A stretch of 64,000 nucleotides of DNA from an uncultured Eubacteriales bacterium (lineage in GTDB: Bacteria; Bacillota; Clostridia; Christensenellales; CAG-138), in contig CADAZC010000004.1 of the NCBI GenBank assembly GCA_902792295.1, forward strand, positions 8,083 to 72,082, read 5' to 3'. The notes beneath the pieces were generated by a model. The model was not told where the DNA came from, did not search any database, and saw nothing but the letters and a program-made list of their open reading frames with translations. Positions 35,872-45,188 of the stretch are shown here, piece by piece; the stretch's first letter is position 1; each line of letters starts with the position of its first letter. The translations under genes and the position numbers were made by a program.

Positions 35872-36055
35872 ATGAAGAAAAATATTCATCCGTCTTACGG
35901 CGAAGCGGTCGTGCGCTGTGCCTGCGGCGAGACCCACCAAGGGCGAGCTGAAGGTCGAAATCTGCAGCAAGTGCCACCCGTTCTTCACGGGCCGTCAGAA
36001 GCTGGTCGACAGCGGCGGACGAGTAGATCGCTTCAAGAAGCGCTACGGTCTGTAA
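35872..36055 (+). pseudogene. rpmE: 50S ribosomal protein L31 gene, frameshifted
   Basis: From the ATG at 35872, frame 0 gives [21 protein letters not shown] and then non-L31 sequence. The +1 frame from 35936 gives [39 protein letters not shown]-stop at 36053-36055. About 5 residues between the CxC and CxxC motifs are also missing. Confidence 0.8.
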
Positions 36056-36080
36056 GAACAACATTGAACTCCGACAAAAC

Positions 36081-36109
36081 ACAGAGTCGCATTTGCGGCT
36101 CTGTTTTTG
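36081..36109 (+). terminator. intrinsic terminator after rpmE
   Basis: ACAGAGTCGC pairs with GCGGCTCTGT (one G:U pair) around an ATTT loop, followed by T5. Confidence 0.75.
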
Positions 36110-36146
36110 TATTGCTTTTTCGCAGGATTTGGACTATACTGGAGAC

Positions 36147-37148
36147 ATGAAAAAGATATTATTGATCGGAACGGGCGGTACGATTGCCTCGGAAATGACG
36201 GATGACGGGCTTGCGCCCAAGCTCGGCTCAAATCAGCTTTTGAACTACATCCCCCGCGTCAGCGAAATCTGCGACGTGGATTGTATGCAGCTCATGAGTG
36301 TGGACAGCACGAACATGACGCCGGAAAACTGGCTGACGATCGCAAGCTGCATCGAAGCGTATTACGACGCCTACGACGGCTTTGTGGTCAGTCACGGTAC
36401 GGACACGATGGCGTACACCGCCGCCGCGCTCTCCTACCTCGTCCGGCGGTCGAAAAAGCCGATCGTGCTGACCGGCGCGCAAAAGCCCATCAGCATGGAC
36501 GTGACCGACTCGAAGCAGAATCTTCTGGACGCGTTCACCTACGCGTGCGACGACCGCGCATGCGGCGTTTCGATCGTGTTCAACGGCAGCGTCATTCTCG
36601 GAACGCGTGCAAAGAAGGTGCGGAGCAAGAGCTTTTCCGCGTTCGCAAGCATCAATTATCCCGAGCTCGCGGTTTTGCAGGACGGACGCGTGCTGCATTA
36701 CATCGACCTCGGCTACCGCGAGCGCGCAAAGTTCTCGCACACGCTGAACGACAGCGTGGGACTCGTCAAGCTGATTCCCGGCACCGACGCGGGCATGCTC
36801 AGTTACGCGCTCGATCGCTACGACGCCGTCATCATCGAGAGCTTCGGCGTCGGCGGACTGCCCGAAGGTACGAATGGCTGTTTCCGTTCGGTCATCGAAC
36901 GCGGCGTGAAGGCGGGCAAGCTGATCGTGATCACCACGCAGGTGCAGAACGAAGGCAGCAACCTCACCGTCTATCAGGTCGGGCACGCTTTAAAGCAGCA
37001 GAACATCATCGAAGCGTACGATATGACCACCGAAGCGGCGGTCGCAAAGCTCATGTGGATCATGGGCGAAACGCGCGATCCGGACCGCGTACGCGAACGC
37101 TTCTATACGCCTTTGAGCCACGATATTCTGTATACCGAGGCGGAATAA
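36147..37148 (+). CDS. ansA: type I L-asparaginase
   Basis: Start at 36147. The 333-aa product has LIGTGGTIAS and HGTDTM, the asparaginase catalytic Thr motifs. Confidence 0.88.
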   Translation: MKKILLIGTGGTIASEMTDDGLAPKLGSNQLLNYIPRVSEICDVDCMQLMSVDSTNMTPENWLTIASCIEAYYDAYDGFVVSHGTDTMAYTAAALSYLVRRSKKPIVLTGAQKPISMDVTDSKQNLLDAFTYACDDRACGVSIVFNGSVILGTRAKKVRSKSFSAFASINYPELAVLQDGRVLHYIDLGYRERAKFSHTLNDSVGLVKLIPGTDAGMLSYALDRYDAVIIESFGVGGLPEGTNGCFRSVIERGVKAGKLIVITTQVQNEGSNLTVYQVGHALKQQNIIEAYDMTTEAAVAKLMWIMGETRDPDRVRERFYTPLSHDILYTEAE

Positions 37149-37162
37149 ACAAAAATCTTTCC

Positions 37163-37189
37163 CCGCTCCGCGCAAACGGAGCGGTTTTT
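37163..37189 (+). terminator. intrinsic terminator after the asparaginase gene
   Basis: CCGCTCCG pairs with CGGAGCGG, followed by T5. Confidence 0.8.
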
Positions 37190-37191
37190 GA

Positions 37192-37220
37192 TTGACAAAC
37201 GGTCTTGTTTTTCATAAAAT
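37192..37220 (+). promoter_or_regulatory. sigma-A type promoter of the short AlaRS-like gene
   Basis: TTGACA (37192-37197), a 17-nt spacer, then TAAAAT (37215-37220). The leader is only about 30 nt, so there is no room for a T-box. Confidence 0.65.
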
Positions 37221-37256
37221 AAAGTTTGATCGTATTTTACGAAAGGAAACGAATTT

Positions 37257-39053
37257 ATGCGTTCATTAACCACAAAGGAATTGCGCAATCTTTATCTGGA
37301 CTTTTTCCGTTCCAAGGGACATGCGGTGATCTCCTCCGCCTCCCTGATCCCCGAAAACGACCCGACCGTGCTCTTTACCACGGCGGGCATGCATCCGCTC
37401 GTACCGTATCTGATGGGCGAAAAGCACCCGGAAGGCAAGCGGCTGTGCGACGTGCAGAAATGCGTCCGTACCGGCGACATTGACGAGGTCGGCGACGCTT
37501 CGCACTGCACCTTCTTTGAGATGCTCGGGAACTGGTCGCTGGGCGACTACTTCAAGAAGGAGAGCATCGCGTTTTCGTGGGAGTTTCTGACCGACGAAAA
37601 GTGGCTCGGCATTCCGAAGGACAAGCTGTATTTCACCTGCTTCGAGGGCGACAAGGACGCGCCGCGCGACACCGTTGCGCACGACCGCTGGGTGGAAATG
37701 GGCGTGGATCCCTCTCACATCGTGTATCTTCCGAAAAAGAACAACTGGTGGGGTCCTGCCGGACAGACCGGTCCGTGCGGTCCGGATACCGAGATCTTTT
37801 ACGATACCGGCAGACCCGCCTGCGGTCCCGACTGCAAAGCGGGCTGTGACTGCGGCAAGTATCTCGAGATCTGGAACAACGTGTTCATGGAATACAACAA
37901 GGTCGCAGACGGCGTTTTTGAGCCGCTTGAGCAGAAAAACGTCGATACCGGCATGGGGCTCGACCGCACGGTCGCTACGCTGCAGGGCGTGGAGAGCGTA
38001 TTCGACACCGATGCGTTCTCCGGCATCATCGCGCTCATCGCGGAGCTGTCGCACAAGGGCTATCACGACGATCCCGAAACGACGCGCGCGTTCCGCATTA
38101 TTGCGGACCACACCCGCTGCGCCGTGTTCATCCTCGGCGACCAGCGCGGCGTGACGCCGTCGAACGTCGACCAGGGCTATATCCTCCGCCGCCTCATCCG
38201 CCGCAGCATCCGCTTCGCGTCGCAGCTCAACATGCCGCGCTACGCGCTCTGCACGATTGCGGAAAAGGTCATCGACCAGTACGGCGAGGTCTACAACGAG
38301 CTCATCGACAACCGCGAAAAAATCCTCTCCGAGCTGCGCAAGGAGGAAAACCGCTTTGCCGACACGCTGAAGAAGGGCATCAAGGAATTCAACAAGCTGA
38401 TCGCGAATCTCAACGGCGATGCGATCGACGGCGTTTCCGCCTTCCACCTCTATGACACCTACGGCTTCCCGATCGAGCTCACCGTGGAGCTTGCAAAGGA
38501 AAAGGGCGTTACGGTCGACGAGAAGGGCTTTGCCGCTGCGTTCGAGGAACATCAGAAGAAATCCCAGGCGGGCGCCGAACAGCGCTTTAAGGGCGGCCTG
38601 GCGGACAACAGCGAAGCGACGGCGGCGCTGCATTCCGCAACGCATCTTTTGCAGGCGGCGCTCCGGAAGGTTCTGAACGACGACACCGTTTCGCAGAAGG
38701 GCAGCAACATCACCGCTGAACGTCTGCGCTTTGACTTCAGTTTCGGCCGCAAGGTCACGCCCGAAGAGCTCAAAGAGGTCGAACGGCTCGTGAATGAGGC
38801 GATTCAGGCGAAGGTCCCGATCACCTGCGAAGAGATGACCGTCGAAGAAGCGAAGGCGCAGGGCGCGATCGGTCTCTTCGAGAGCAAGTACGGCGAGAAG
38901 GTCAAGGTCTACACGATGGGCAAGTTCAGTAAAGAGATCTGCGGCGGTCCGCATGCGAAGAACACCGGCGACCTCGGACGCTTCGAAATCAAAAAGGAGG
39001 AAGCATCCTCCAGCGGCGTGCGCCGTATCAAGGCAGTCCTGATCCATGACTGA
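37257..39053 (+). CDS. alanine--tRNA ligase homologue lacking the C-terminal C-Ala/DHHA1 domain (catalytic, tRNA-recognition and editing domains present)
   Basis: 598 aa. It has FTTAGMHP, GNWSLGDYFK and IWNNVFMEY. The editing-domain Zn motifs are HSATHLL and CGGPH. The protein ends right after GVRRIKAV. Confidence 0.85.
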   Translation: MRSLTTKELRNLYLDFFRSKGHAVISSASLIPENDPTVLFTTAGMHPLVPYLMGEKHPEGKRLCDVQKCVRTGDIDEVGDASHCTFFEMLGNWSLGDYFKKESIAFSWEFLTDEKWLGIPKDKLYFTCFEGDKDAPRDTVAHDRWVEMGVDPSHIVYLPKKNNWWGPAGQTGPCGPDTEIFYDTGRPACGPDCKAGCDCGKYLEIWNNVFMEYNKVADGVFEPLEQKNVDTGMGLDRTVATLQGVESVFDTDAFSGIIALIAELSHKGYHDDPETTRAFRIIADHTRCAVFILGDQRGVTPSNVDQGYILRRLIRRSIRFASQLNMPRYALCTIAEKVIDQYGEVYNELIDNREKILSELRKEENRFADTLKKGIKEFNKLIANLNGDAIDGVSAFHLYDTYGFPIELTVELAKEKGVTVDEKGFAAAFEEHQKKSQAGAEQRFKGGLADNSEATAALHSATHLLQAALRKVLNDDTVSQKGSNITAERLRFDFSFGRKVTPEELKEVERLVNEAIQAKVPITCEEMTVEEAKAQGAIGLFESKYGEKVKVYTMGKFSKEICGGPHAKNTGDLGRFEIKKEEASSSGVRRIKAVLIHD

Positions 39054-39780
39054 TTGGCTGAAGTACGAATGGGAATGGAACGAGCGGGAAGCGGTTTTTC
39101 AGGTTGATCTGCAATACTGGGAACTGCTTCCCACTTTGGCGTACTCCCAGCTCGTCTTTGTCAGCATTGCGCCGAAAGAGCCGGACGCCGTGTTCTCGCG
39201 TTCGGAGGAACGCCGCGCGACGGCGCTGCAGCACCTGCTTGCGGAACAGATCGAGGACGCCGCGATCTTTGTCGGCGGTATCGGCATGAAGGACCTCCTA
39301 CAATTCTATTTTTATACGTCCGACGATGCGCTGATCCACCGCGTTTCCGCGATCTGCCGCGCCGAAACGAAGCTGTCCGTCACCTGCGGGCACGTGGCAG
39401 AGCCGCATTACGCGACCTATTACTGTCTGCTGTTTCCCGACGACGCCAAACTGCAGTCGGTGGAGAACGCGGCGTACATCAAGTCCGTCCAGCACCGCGA
39501 CGGCGATCTGAGTCTTGTCCGGCGCGTGCGATTGACGATGGCGTTCGTTTCCGAGGAGGCGTGCGACGCGTTTATCTCCGAGATCCCGCACCTCGGCTTC
39601 ACGATGGGCGGGCGCGAGAGCGTCGGCAATACGACGCATCCCTATCGCGTCGAACTGAACGGGTTTTCCACGCTGAAGCTTCCCGATCTGAACCGGTTTA
39701 CCGCGCGCGCGATCAACGGCGCGCTCCCCTACGGCGGGGTTCTCGATCATCTGACCGCGGACTTCATCAACCGACATTGA
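39046..39780 (+). CDS. DUF695-like N-terminal domain plus RraB-like C-terminal domain protein (function unknown)
   Basis: 244 aa. The ATG overlaps the upstream stop region by 8 nt. The family call is made from memory of these domain patterns and has moderate certainty. Confidence 0.6.
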   Translation: MTDWLKYEWEWNEREAVFQVDLQYWELLPTLAYSQLVFVSIAPKEPDAVFSRSEERRATALQHLLAEQIEDAAIFVGGIGMKDLLQFYFYTSDDALIHRVSAICRAETKLSVTCGHVAEPHYATYYCLLFPDDAKLQSVENAAYIKSVQHRDGDLSLVRRVRLTMAFVSEEACDAFISEIPHLGFTMGGRESVGNTTHPYRVELNGFSTLKLPDLNRFTARAINGALPYGGVLDHLTADFINRH

Positions 39781-39789
39781 AAGACAGCA

Positions 39790-39821
39790 AAAGAGCAGGC
39801 ATTCCGCCTGCTCTTTTTTTG
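39790..39821. terminator. terminator between convergent genes
   Basis: AGAGCAGGC (39792-39800) pairs with GCCTGCTCT (39806-39814), followed by T6. Confidence 0.8.
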
Positions 39822-39828
39822 ATTTGAA

Positions 39829-40740
<912 letters not shown>

Positions 40741-40868
40741 AATGCTCCTTTGTTTCGGCGAATTCCGATAAAATCGGACATGTTCGCATTTTCTGTCTTG
40801 TATTATAGCACAGTTGTGATAAAATAGATACAGAATTTTATATATTCATTCAGAAAGAAGGAATGCGC

Positions 40869-42335
40869 ATGAAACGTGCGGCTGGTATTTTGATGCATGT
40901 GACCTCGCTGCCGAGCCGGTTCGGCGTCGGTACGCTCGGAAAGGAAGCGTATGCGTTTGTCGATTTCCTGTCCGCCGCCGGACAGACCTATTGGCAGATG
41001 CTGCCCGTCAACCCGACCGGCTATGCCGATTCGCCGTATCAGAGCAGCTCGACCTATGCGGGCAATCCGTACCTCATCGATCTCGAGGCGCTGATCGCCA
41101 ACGGGCTTCTGACCGAGGAAGAATGCGATCTCGACTGGGGCGACGATCCGACCCGCGTCGATTACGGCAAGCTGTGGGAAAACCGCTTTACCGTATTGAG
41201 AAAGGCGTTCGCGCGCTTCGACCGGAACAAGATGGCGGACTTCGTGCGCGAGAACGCGTGGTGGCTCGACACCTATGCGCTGTTCTGCGCGGTCAAAACG
41301 CACTTTGACAATGCGGCGTGGTATCAGTGGCCGGATCCCGAGATCCAGGATCGCACGCCGGAAGCCGTTGCGAAGTATTCCGCGCTTTTGAAGGATGACG
41401 TCGACTTCCAGCGCTTCATGCAGTACGAGTTTGACAAGCAATGGAAGCCGCTCCGTGCCTATGCGAACGAGCACGGCATAAAGCTGATCGGCGACATTCC
41501 GATCTACGTTCCGCATGACAGCGCGGACGTGTGGGCGGATCCCGACCTGTTTTTGATGGACAAGCGCCATCTGCCGACGCTCGTTGCAGGCGTGCCGCCG
41601 GATTATTTCTCCGAGCTCGGTCAGCTCTGGGGCAACCCGATCTACCGTTGGGATGCGCACGAGGCGGACGGATTCCAATGGTGGCGCCGCCGCGTTTCGG
41701 CGGTTGCGACGCGCTTTGACGTGATCCGCATCGACCATTTCCGCGGTCTCGAAAGCTACTGGGCGGTTCCCTACGGATCGGAGGACGCACGTCCGGGCGC
41801 ATGGTATCCCGGTCCCGGCATGAAGCTGATCCGTGCGATCAAGGAGGAATGTCCCGGTCTGCCGATCATTGCGGAGGACCTCGGATATCTTACGCCGGAA
41901 GTCAAAAAGCTGCTGTCCGATTCCGGCTTCCCCGGCATGCGCGTCATGCAGTTCGGCTTCGATCCGTGCGGCAATTCCAGAGAGCTTCCGCACAACTACC
42001 CCGTGCACAGCATCGCCTATACCGGCACGCACGACAACACGCCGATCATGGGCTGGGTGGAAACCGCGCCGGCGGAATGCGTCGCGTTTGCGGTGGACTA
42101 TCTCGGGCTCAACGAACGCGAGGGCATGCCGTTCGGGTTTGCGCGCGGCGTGTTGAATTCCGTGGCGGAGCTTGCGATCCTGCAGATGCAGGATTATCTG
42201 GGGCTCGGCGACGACTGCCGCATGAACAACCCGAGCTCGACCGGCTGCTGGCGCTGGCGTGCCGAAAAGAAGGACTTTACGCCCGAGCTTGCAAAGCGTA
42301 TCCTCTACTATACGCGGATGTCGGCGCGCATCTGA
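40869..42335 (+). CDS. malQ: 4-alpha-glucanotransferase (amylomaltase)
   Basis: GILMHVTSLPS, IRIDHFRG and GTHDN are present. I prefer the start at 40869 because of AAGGA spacing, though 40863 is possible. Confidence 0.9.
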   Translation: MKRAAGILMHVTSLPSRFGVGTLGKEAYAFVDFLSAAGQTYWQMLPVNPTGYADSPYQSSSTYAGNPYLIDLEALIANGLLTEEECDLDWGDDPTRVDYGKLWENRFTVLRKAFARFDRNKMADFVRENAWWLDTYALFCAVKTHFDNAAWYQWPDPEIQDRTPEAVAKYSALLKDDVDFQRFMQYEFDKQWKPLRAYANEHGIKLIGDIPIYVPHDSADVWADPDLFLMDKRHLPTLVAGVPPDYFSELGQLWGNPIYRWDAHEADGFQWWRRRVSAVATRFDVIRIDHFRGLESYWAVPYGSEDARPGAWYPGPGMKLIRAIKEECPGLPIIAEDLGYLTPEVKKLLSDSGFPGMRVMQFGFDPCGNSRELPHNYPVHSIAYTGTHDNTPIMGWVETAPAECVAFAVDYLGLNEREGMPFGFARGVLNSVAELAILQMQDYLGLGDDCRMNNPSSTGCWRWRAEKKDFTPELAKRILYYTRMSARI

Positions 42336-42341
42336 ACAAAC

Positions 42342-42376
42342 AAAAAACCGCCGGACCGTTTCGGTCCGGCTTTTTT
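42342..42376. terminator. bidirectional intrinsic terminator
   Basis: GCCGGACC (42350-42357) pairs with GGTCCGGC (42363-42370). It is flanked by an A6 run (42342-42347) and a T6 run (42371-42376). Confidence 0.85.
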
Positions 42377-42777
42377 CATGCGTTCTGTTTTCGTCGCAGA
42401 AACACCGCCGTCGCGGCGGACCCGATCGCAAAGCACATCAGCACGTCCGCGGCAAGGTTCCATGTCGGCTTGAACGAGCCGGTATAGACCGCCATCAGCG
42501 CAACCGATACCGACAGTGCGAGCACCGCGGCGATCCCGCCGAAATACCACGGCGTTCTTTCCCGCCCGATCCCGATGAAAACGCCCGCCGCAAGCGCCGT
42601 CAGGACCTTGATCACCGTATTTCCGGCAGGAATTGCGGATTCCGGCAGCCATTCGAGGTACACGAGCAGCGTCATAACGAGAACTGCAAGAATCAGCACG
42701 CCTAAAGCAAGCGCCGCGCTTCGCAGCAGCGGACGCCATGCGGTTCCCGTCCGTTTTTTTCGTTTACCCGATGCCAT
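42376..42777 (-). CDS. small polytopic membrane protein (TIGR04086/YrzE-like)
   Basis: 133 aa with four hydrophobic segments and a basic N-terminus. Confidence 0.6.
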   Translation of the reverse strand: MASGKRKKRTGTAWRPLLRSAALALGVLILAVLVMTLLVYLEWLPESAIPAGNTVIKVLTALAAGVFIGIGRERTPWYFGGIAAVLALSVSVALMAVYTGSFKPTWNLAADVLMCFAIGSAATAVFLRRKQNA

Positions 42778-42833
42778 GCTTTCCCACCCCCTTGCCGCAT
42801 CCTATGCACAGAAACGGGTCCGCATGACAAAAG

Positions 42834-42856
42834 AAAAAGCCCGGATCGCTCCGGGC
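42834..42856 (-). terminator. intrinsic terminator after yajC
   Basis: On the minus strand, GCCCGGA pairs with TCCGGGC (42839-42856), followed by T5 (plus-strand A-run 42834-42838). Confidence 0.75.
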
Positions 42857-42869
42857 CGAAAACGCCTGA

Positions 42870-43268
42870 TCAGTCTTTGATTTCTTCGCTCATGGTATTC
42901 TCTACGCCCGCATCCTCGACCTGCGAGATCGCTCCGCGCGCAAAGACGAGCTTGACCTTGTCGGGTCCGACGGAAAGAACGATGACGTCATCCTTGATCG
43001 AAGAGATCGTTCCGTAAATACCGCCGATGGTGCGGACACGGTCGCCCTGCTTCAAAGAGCTCAGCATATCCTTGACCTTCTTGTCGCGGCGACGCTGCGG
43101 GATAATCATCACAACGAGCAGCACAACGACCATCAGAAGCGGCAAAAGCATCGTCATCATGCTGCCGCCCGCGCATCCGCCTGCTGCGGAATCCCCGCCG
43201 CCGGAAAGACCGCTGAGGCAGGAGGTGTCGGCGCCGTAGAAAACAGACTGGACATAATTCAAAACCAT
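42870..43268 (-). CDS. yajC: preprotein translocase subunit YajC
   Basis: The C-terminal ~95 aa are YajC-like (LLPLLMVVVLLVVMIIPQRRRDKK...GDRVRTIGGIYGTI). The start is uncertain: 43268, or an internal MMTM. Confidence 0.8.
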   Translation of the reverse strand: MVLNYVQSVFYGADTSCLSGLSGGGDSAAGGCAGGSMMTMLLPLLMVVVLLVVMIIPQRRRDKKVKDMLSSLKQGDRVRTIGGIYGTISSIKDDVIVLSVGPDKVKLVFARGAISQVEDAGVENTMSEEIKD

Positions 43269-43298
43269 AATCGTAATTCCTTTCCTGTGTCTTTCGAT

Positions 43299-43327
43299 AT
43301 TATACGAAAAATCGACGCTTTCGTCAA
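43299..43327 (-). promoter_or_regulatory. sigma-A type promoter of yajC
   Basis: On the minus strand, TTGACG (rc of 43322-43327), a 17-nt spacer, then TATAAT (rc of 43299-43304). Confidence 0.65.
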
Positions 43328-43355
43328 TACTCGATTGTGAAAACTTTGCAACATA

Positions 43356-43388
43356 CAAAAACGGTCTGTTGAGTTCTTCAACAGACCG
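43356..43388 (-). terminator. intrinsic terminator after the 49-aa ORF / iscR-nifSU operon
   Basis: A 10-bp stem spans 43362-43371 and 43379-43388. On the minus strand T5 follows (plus-strand A-run 43357-43361). Confidence 0.8.
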
Positions 43389-43393
43389 AATCC

Positions 43394-43543
43394 TTATAGA
43401 TGCATCATCCGCTGTGTTTTCTGGATGACCTTCTTCCCGTCCCGCTTCATGCGCCGCGGGATATCCGGGTACAGCGTGCACATCGCGGTCGCGGCGGCGG
43501 CTGCGCCGACCGCCATGCCGATTCCGAGCATTGCCATTCGCAT
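43394..43543 (-). CDS. 49-aa small membrane protein (unknown)
   Basis: GAGGTGAT lies 5 nt before the ATG at 43543. The product is MRMAMLGIGMAVGAAAAATAMCTLYPDIPRRMKRDGKKVIQKTQRMMHL, one hydrophobic helix plus a basic tail. Confidence 0.5.
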   Translation of the reverse strand: MRMAMLGIGMAVGAAAAATAMCTLYPDIPRRMKRDGKKVIQKTQRMMHL

Positions 43544-43592
43544 GCGATCACCTCTTTCTTTTTTGAGGTTAGTATGCGAAATGCCGGTTCGA

Positions 43593-43991
43593 TTATTCCG
43601 CTTTCGGCGTTTCCTCTTTTTGTTTTTTTGCACGATAATCCGCGATCGCCGCCTGCACCGCTTCCTGCGCAAGCACCGAGCAGTGGATCTTCACGGGCGG
43701 AAGTCCCTCAAGCGCCTCCACGACCGCTTCGTTGGTCAGCTTTTCGACCTCTGCAAGCGGCTTGCCCTTGATGAGCTCGGTCGCCATCGAGCTGGTCGCG
43801 ATCGCCGCGCCGCAGCCGAAGGTCTTAAACTTGACGTCCTCGACGATCTCATCGTCGTTGATTTTCAAAAACATCTGCATGATGTCGCCGCATTTGGCGT
43901 TGCCGACGGTGCCGACGCCCGACGCATCGGGAATCTCACCGACATTTCTCGGATGCTGAAAATGATCCAAAACTTTTTCCGAATACTGCAT
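43593..43991 (-). CDS. nifU: Fe-S cluster assembly scaffold NifU/IscU
   Basis: The ATG at 43991 overlaps the nifS TAA (TAATG). The three scaffold Cys lie in GNAKCGD, FGCGAAIA and IHCSVLA. Confidence 0.9.
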   Translation of the reverse strand: MQYSEKVLDHFQHPRNVGEIPDASGVGTVGNAKCGDIMQMFLKINDDEIVEDVKFKTFGCGAAIATSSMATELIKGKPLAEVEKLTNEAVVEALEGLPPVKIHCSVLAQEAVQAAIADYRAKKQKEETPKAE

Positions 43992-45188
43992 TATTGTACT
44001 CCTCCTTTGGGATAAATCGGGGACATATCTCTGAGCCGCTGCACGATCGGCGGCAGAATCTCCAGCACATAGTCGATCTCTTCTTCGGTCGTGAACTCCG
44101 AAAGCGTCATGCGAAGCGATCCGTTCGCCTCCTCGTGCGAAATGCCCATGGCGAGCAGCACGTGCGACGGATCGAGCGAACCGGACGTGCACGCGGAGCC
44201 GGATGACGCCGCAACGCCCTTGAGGTCGAGCATCAGCAAAATGCTTTCGCTTTCGATGTAGCGAATGCCGAAGTTGACATTGTTCGGAAGGCGCTTTGTG
44301 CGATCGCCGTTCAGATGCACGGCGGGGATCCTCTCCTCCACGCCCGCGATCAGCTTGTCGCGAAGCGCCGTCATCTTTTTCATGTTCGCTTCAAGGTTCT
44401 CCGTCTGGATCTCCAGCGCCTTTGCAAGACCGACGATGCCGGGGACGTTCTCCGTGCCCGCGCGCTTTTTGTTCTCCTGCCCGCCGCCGGTGATCATTGC
44501 GGGAACGCGGACGCCCTTTCGGATATAGACCGCGCCGACGCCCTTCGGACCGTGGAACTTGTGCGCCGTGAGCGTCAGAAGGTCGATGTTCATGTCCTGC
44601 ACGTCCATCGGGATGTGCCCGATCGCCTGCACCGCGTCGGTATGGAACAGCACGCCCGCTTCACGGCAGACCGCGCCGATCTCCCTGATCGGTTCGATCG
44701 TGCCGACTTCGTTGTTCGCCGTCATGATCGAAACAAGGATCGTTTCGGGACGGATCGCGGCACGCACCGCCTCGGGATCGACGAGACCGTTCTCATCGAC
44801 GTCGAGATACGTGACCGTTATAAGTCCCTTATCCTCGAGTTCGTTGAGCGTATGCAGGATCGCGTGGTGCCGTATGCAGGATCGCGTGGTGCTCGATCTT
44901 CGACGTGATGATGTGATTGCCCTTCTTGCGGTACGCCTGCGCCACGCCGCGCAGGATCATGTTGTCGCCCTCGCTGCCGCCGCCGGTAAAGTAGATCTCG
45001 GCGGGATTCGCCGCATTCAGGCACTTTGCAACCGTGCGCCGCGCGTCGTCCAGTCCCTTGTGCGCGTCGCGCGCAAAGCTGTGGAAGCTCGACGGATTGC
45101 CGTAAAACTCCGTGTAGTACGGGATCATCGCTTCGATGACCTCGGGCAGCACCTTTGTGGTTGCCGCATTGTCAAGATAAACGTGCAT
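43991..45188 (-). pseudogene. nifS: cysteine desulfurase NifS/IscS gene disrupted by a 22-bp tandem duplication
   Basis: The gene is split into a 119-aa ORF (44829-45188) and a 258-aa ORF (43991-44767). Deleting one copy of the duplicated 22-mer restores a continuous ~391-aa NifS with the PLP Lys (TAHKFHGPKG) and catalytic Cys (SSGSACTSG). Confidence 0.85.
44849..44892. repeat. perfect 2 x 22-bp tandem duplication
   Basis: CGTATGCAGGATCGCGTGGTGC occurs at 44849-44870 and again at 44871-44892. Confidence 0.97.

Noticed and set aside
35929-35940. A programmed +1 ribosomal frameshift in rpmE, analogous to prfB.
   Set aside because: Frame 0 has no stop codon or rare codon at the shift site, and there is no upstream SD-like stimulator. 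The reconstructed protein would still lack about 5 conserved residues, so a deletion mutation or sequencing error is more parsimonious.
37266-39047. A 593-aa minus-strand ORF opposite the AlaRS-like gene.
   Set aside because: It is a shadow ORF. The plus strand carries the AlaRS catalytic and editing motifs.
40803-42431. A 542-aa minus-strand ORF opposite malQ.
   Set aside because: It is a shadow ORF.
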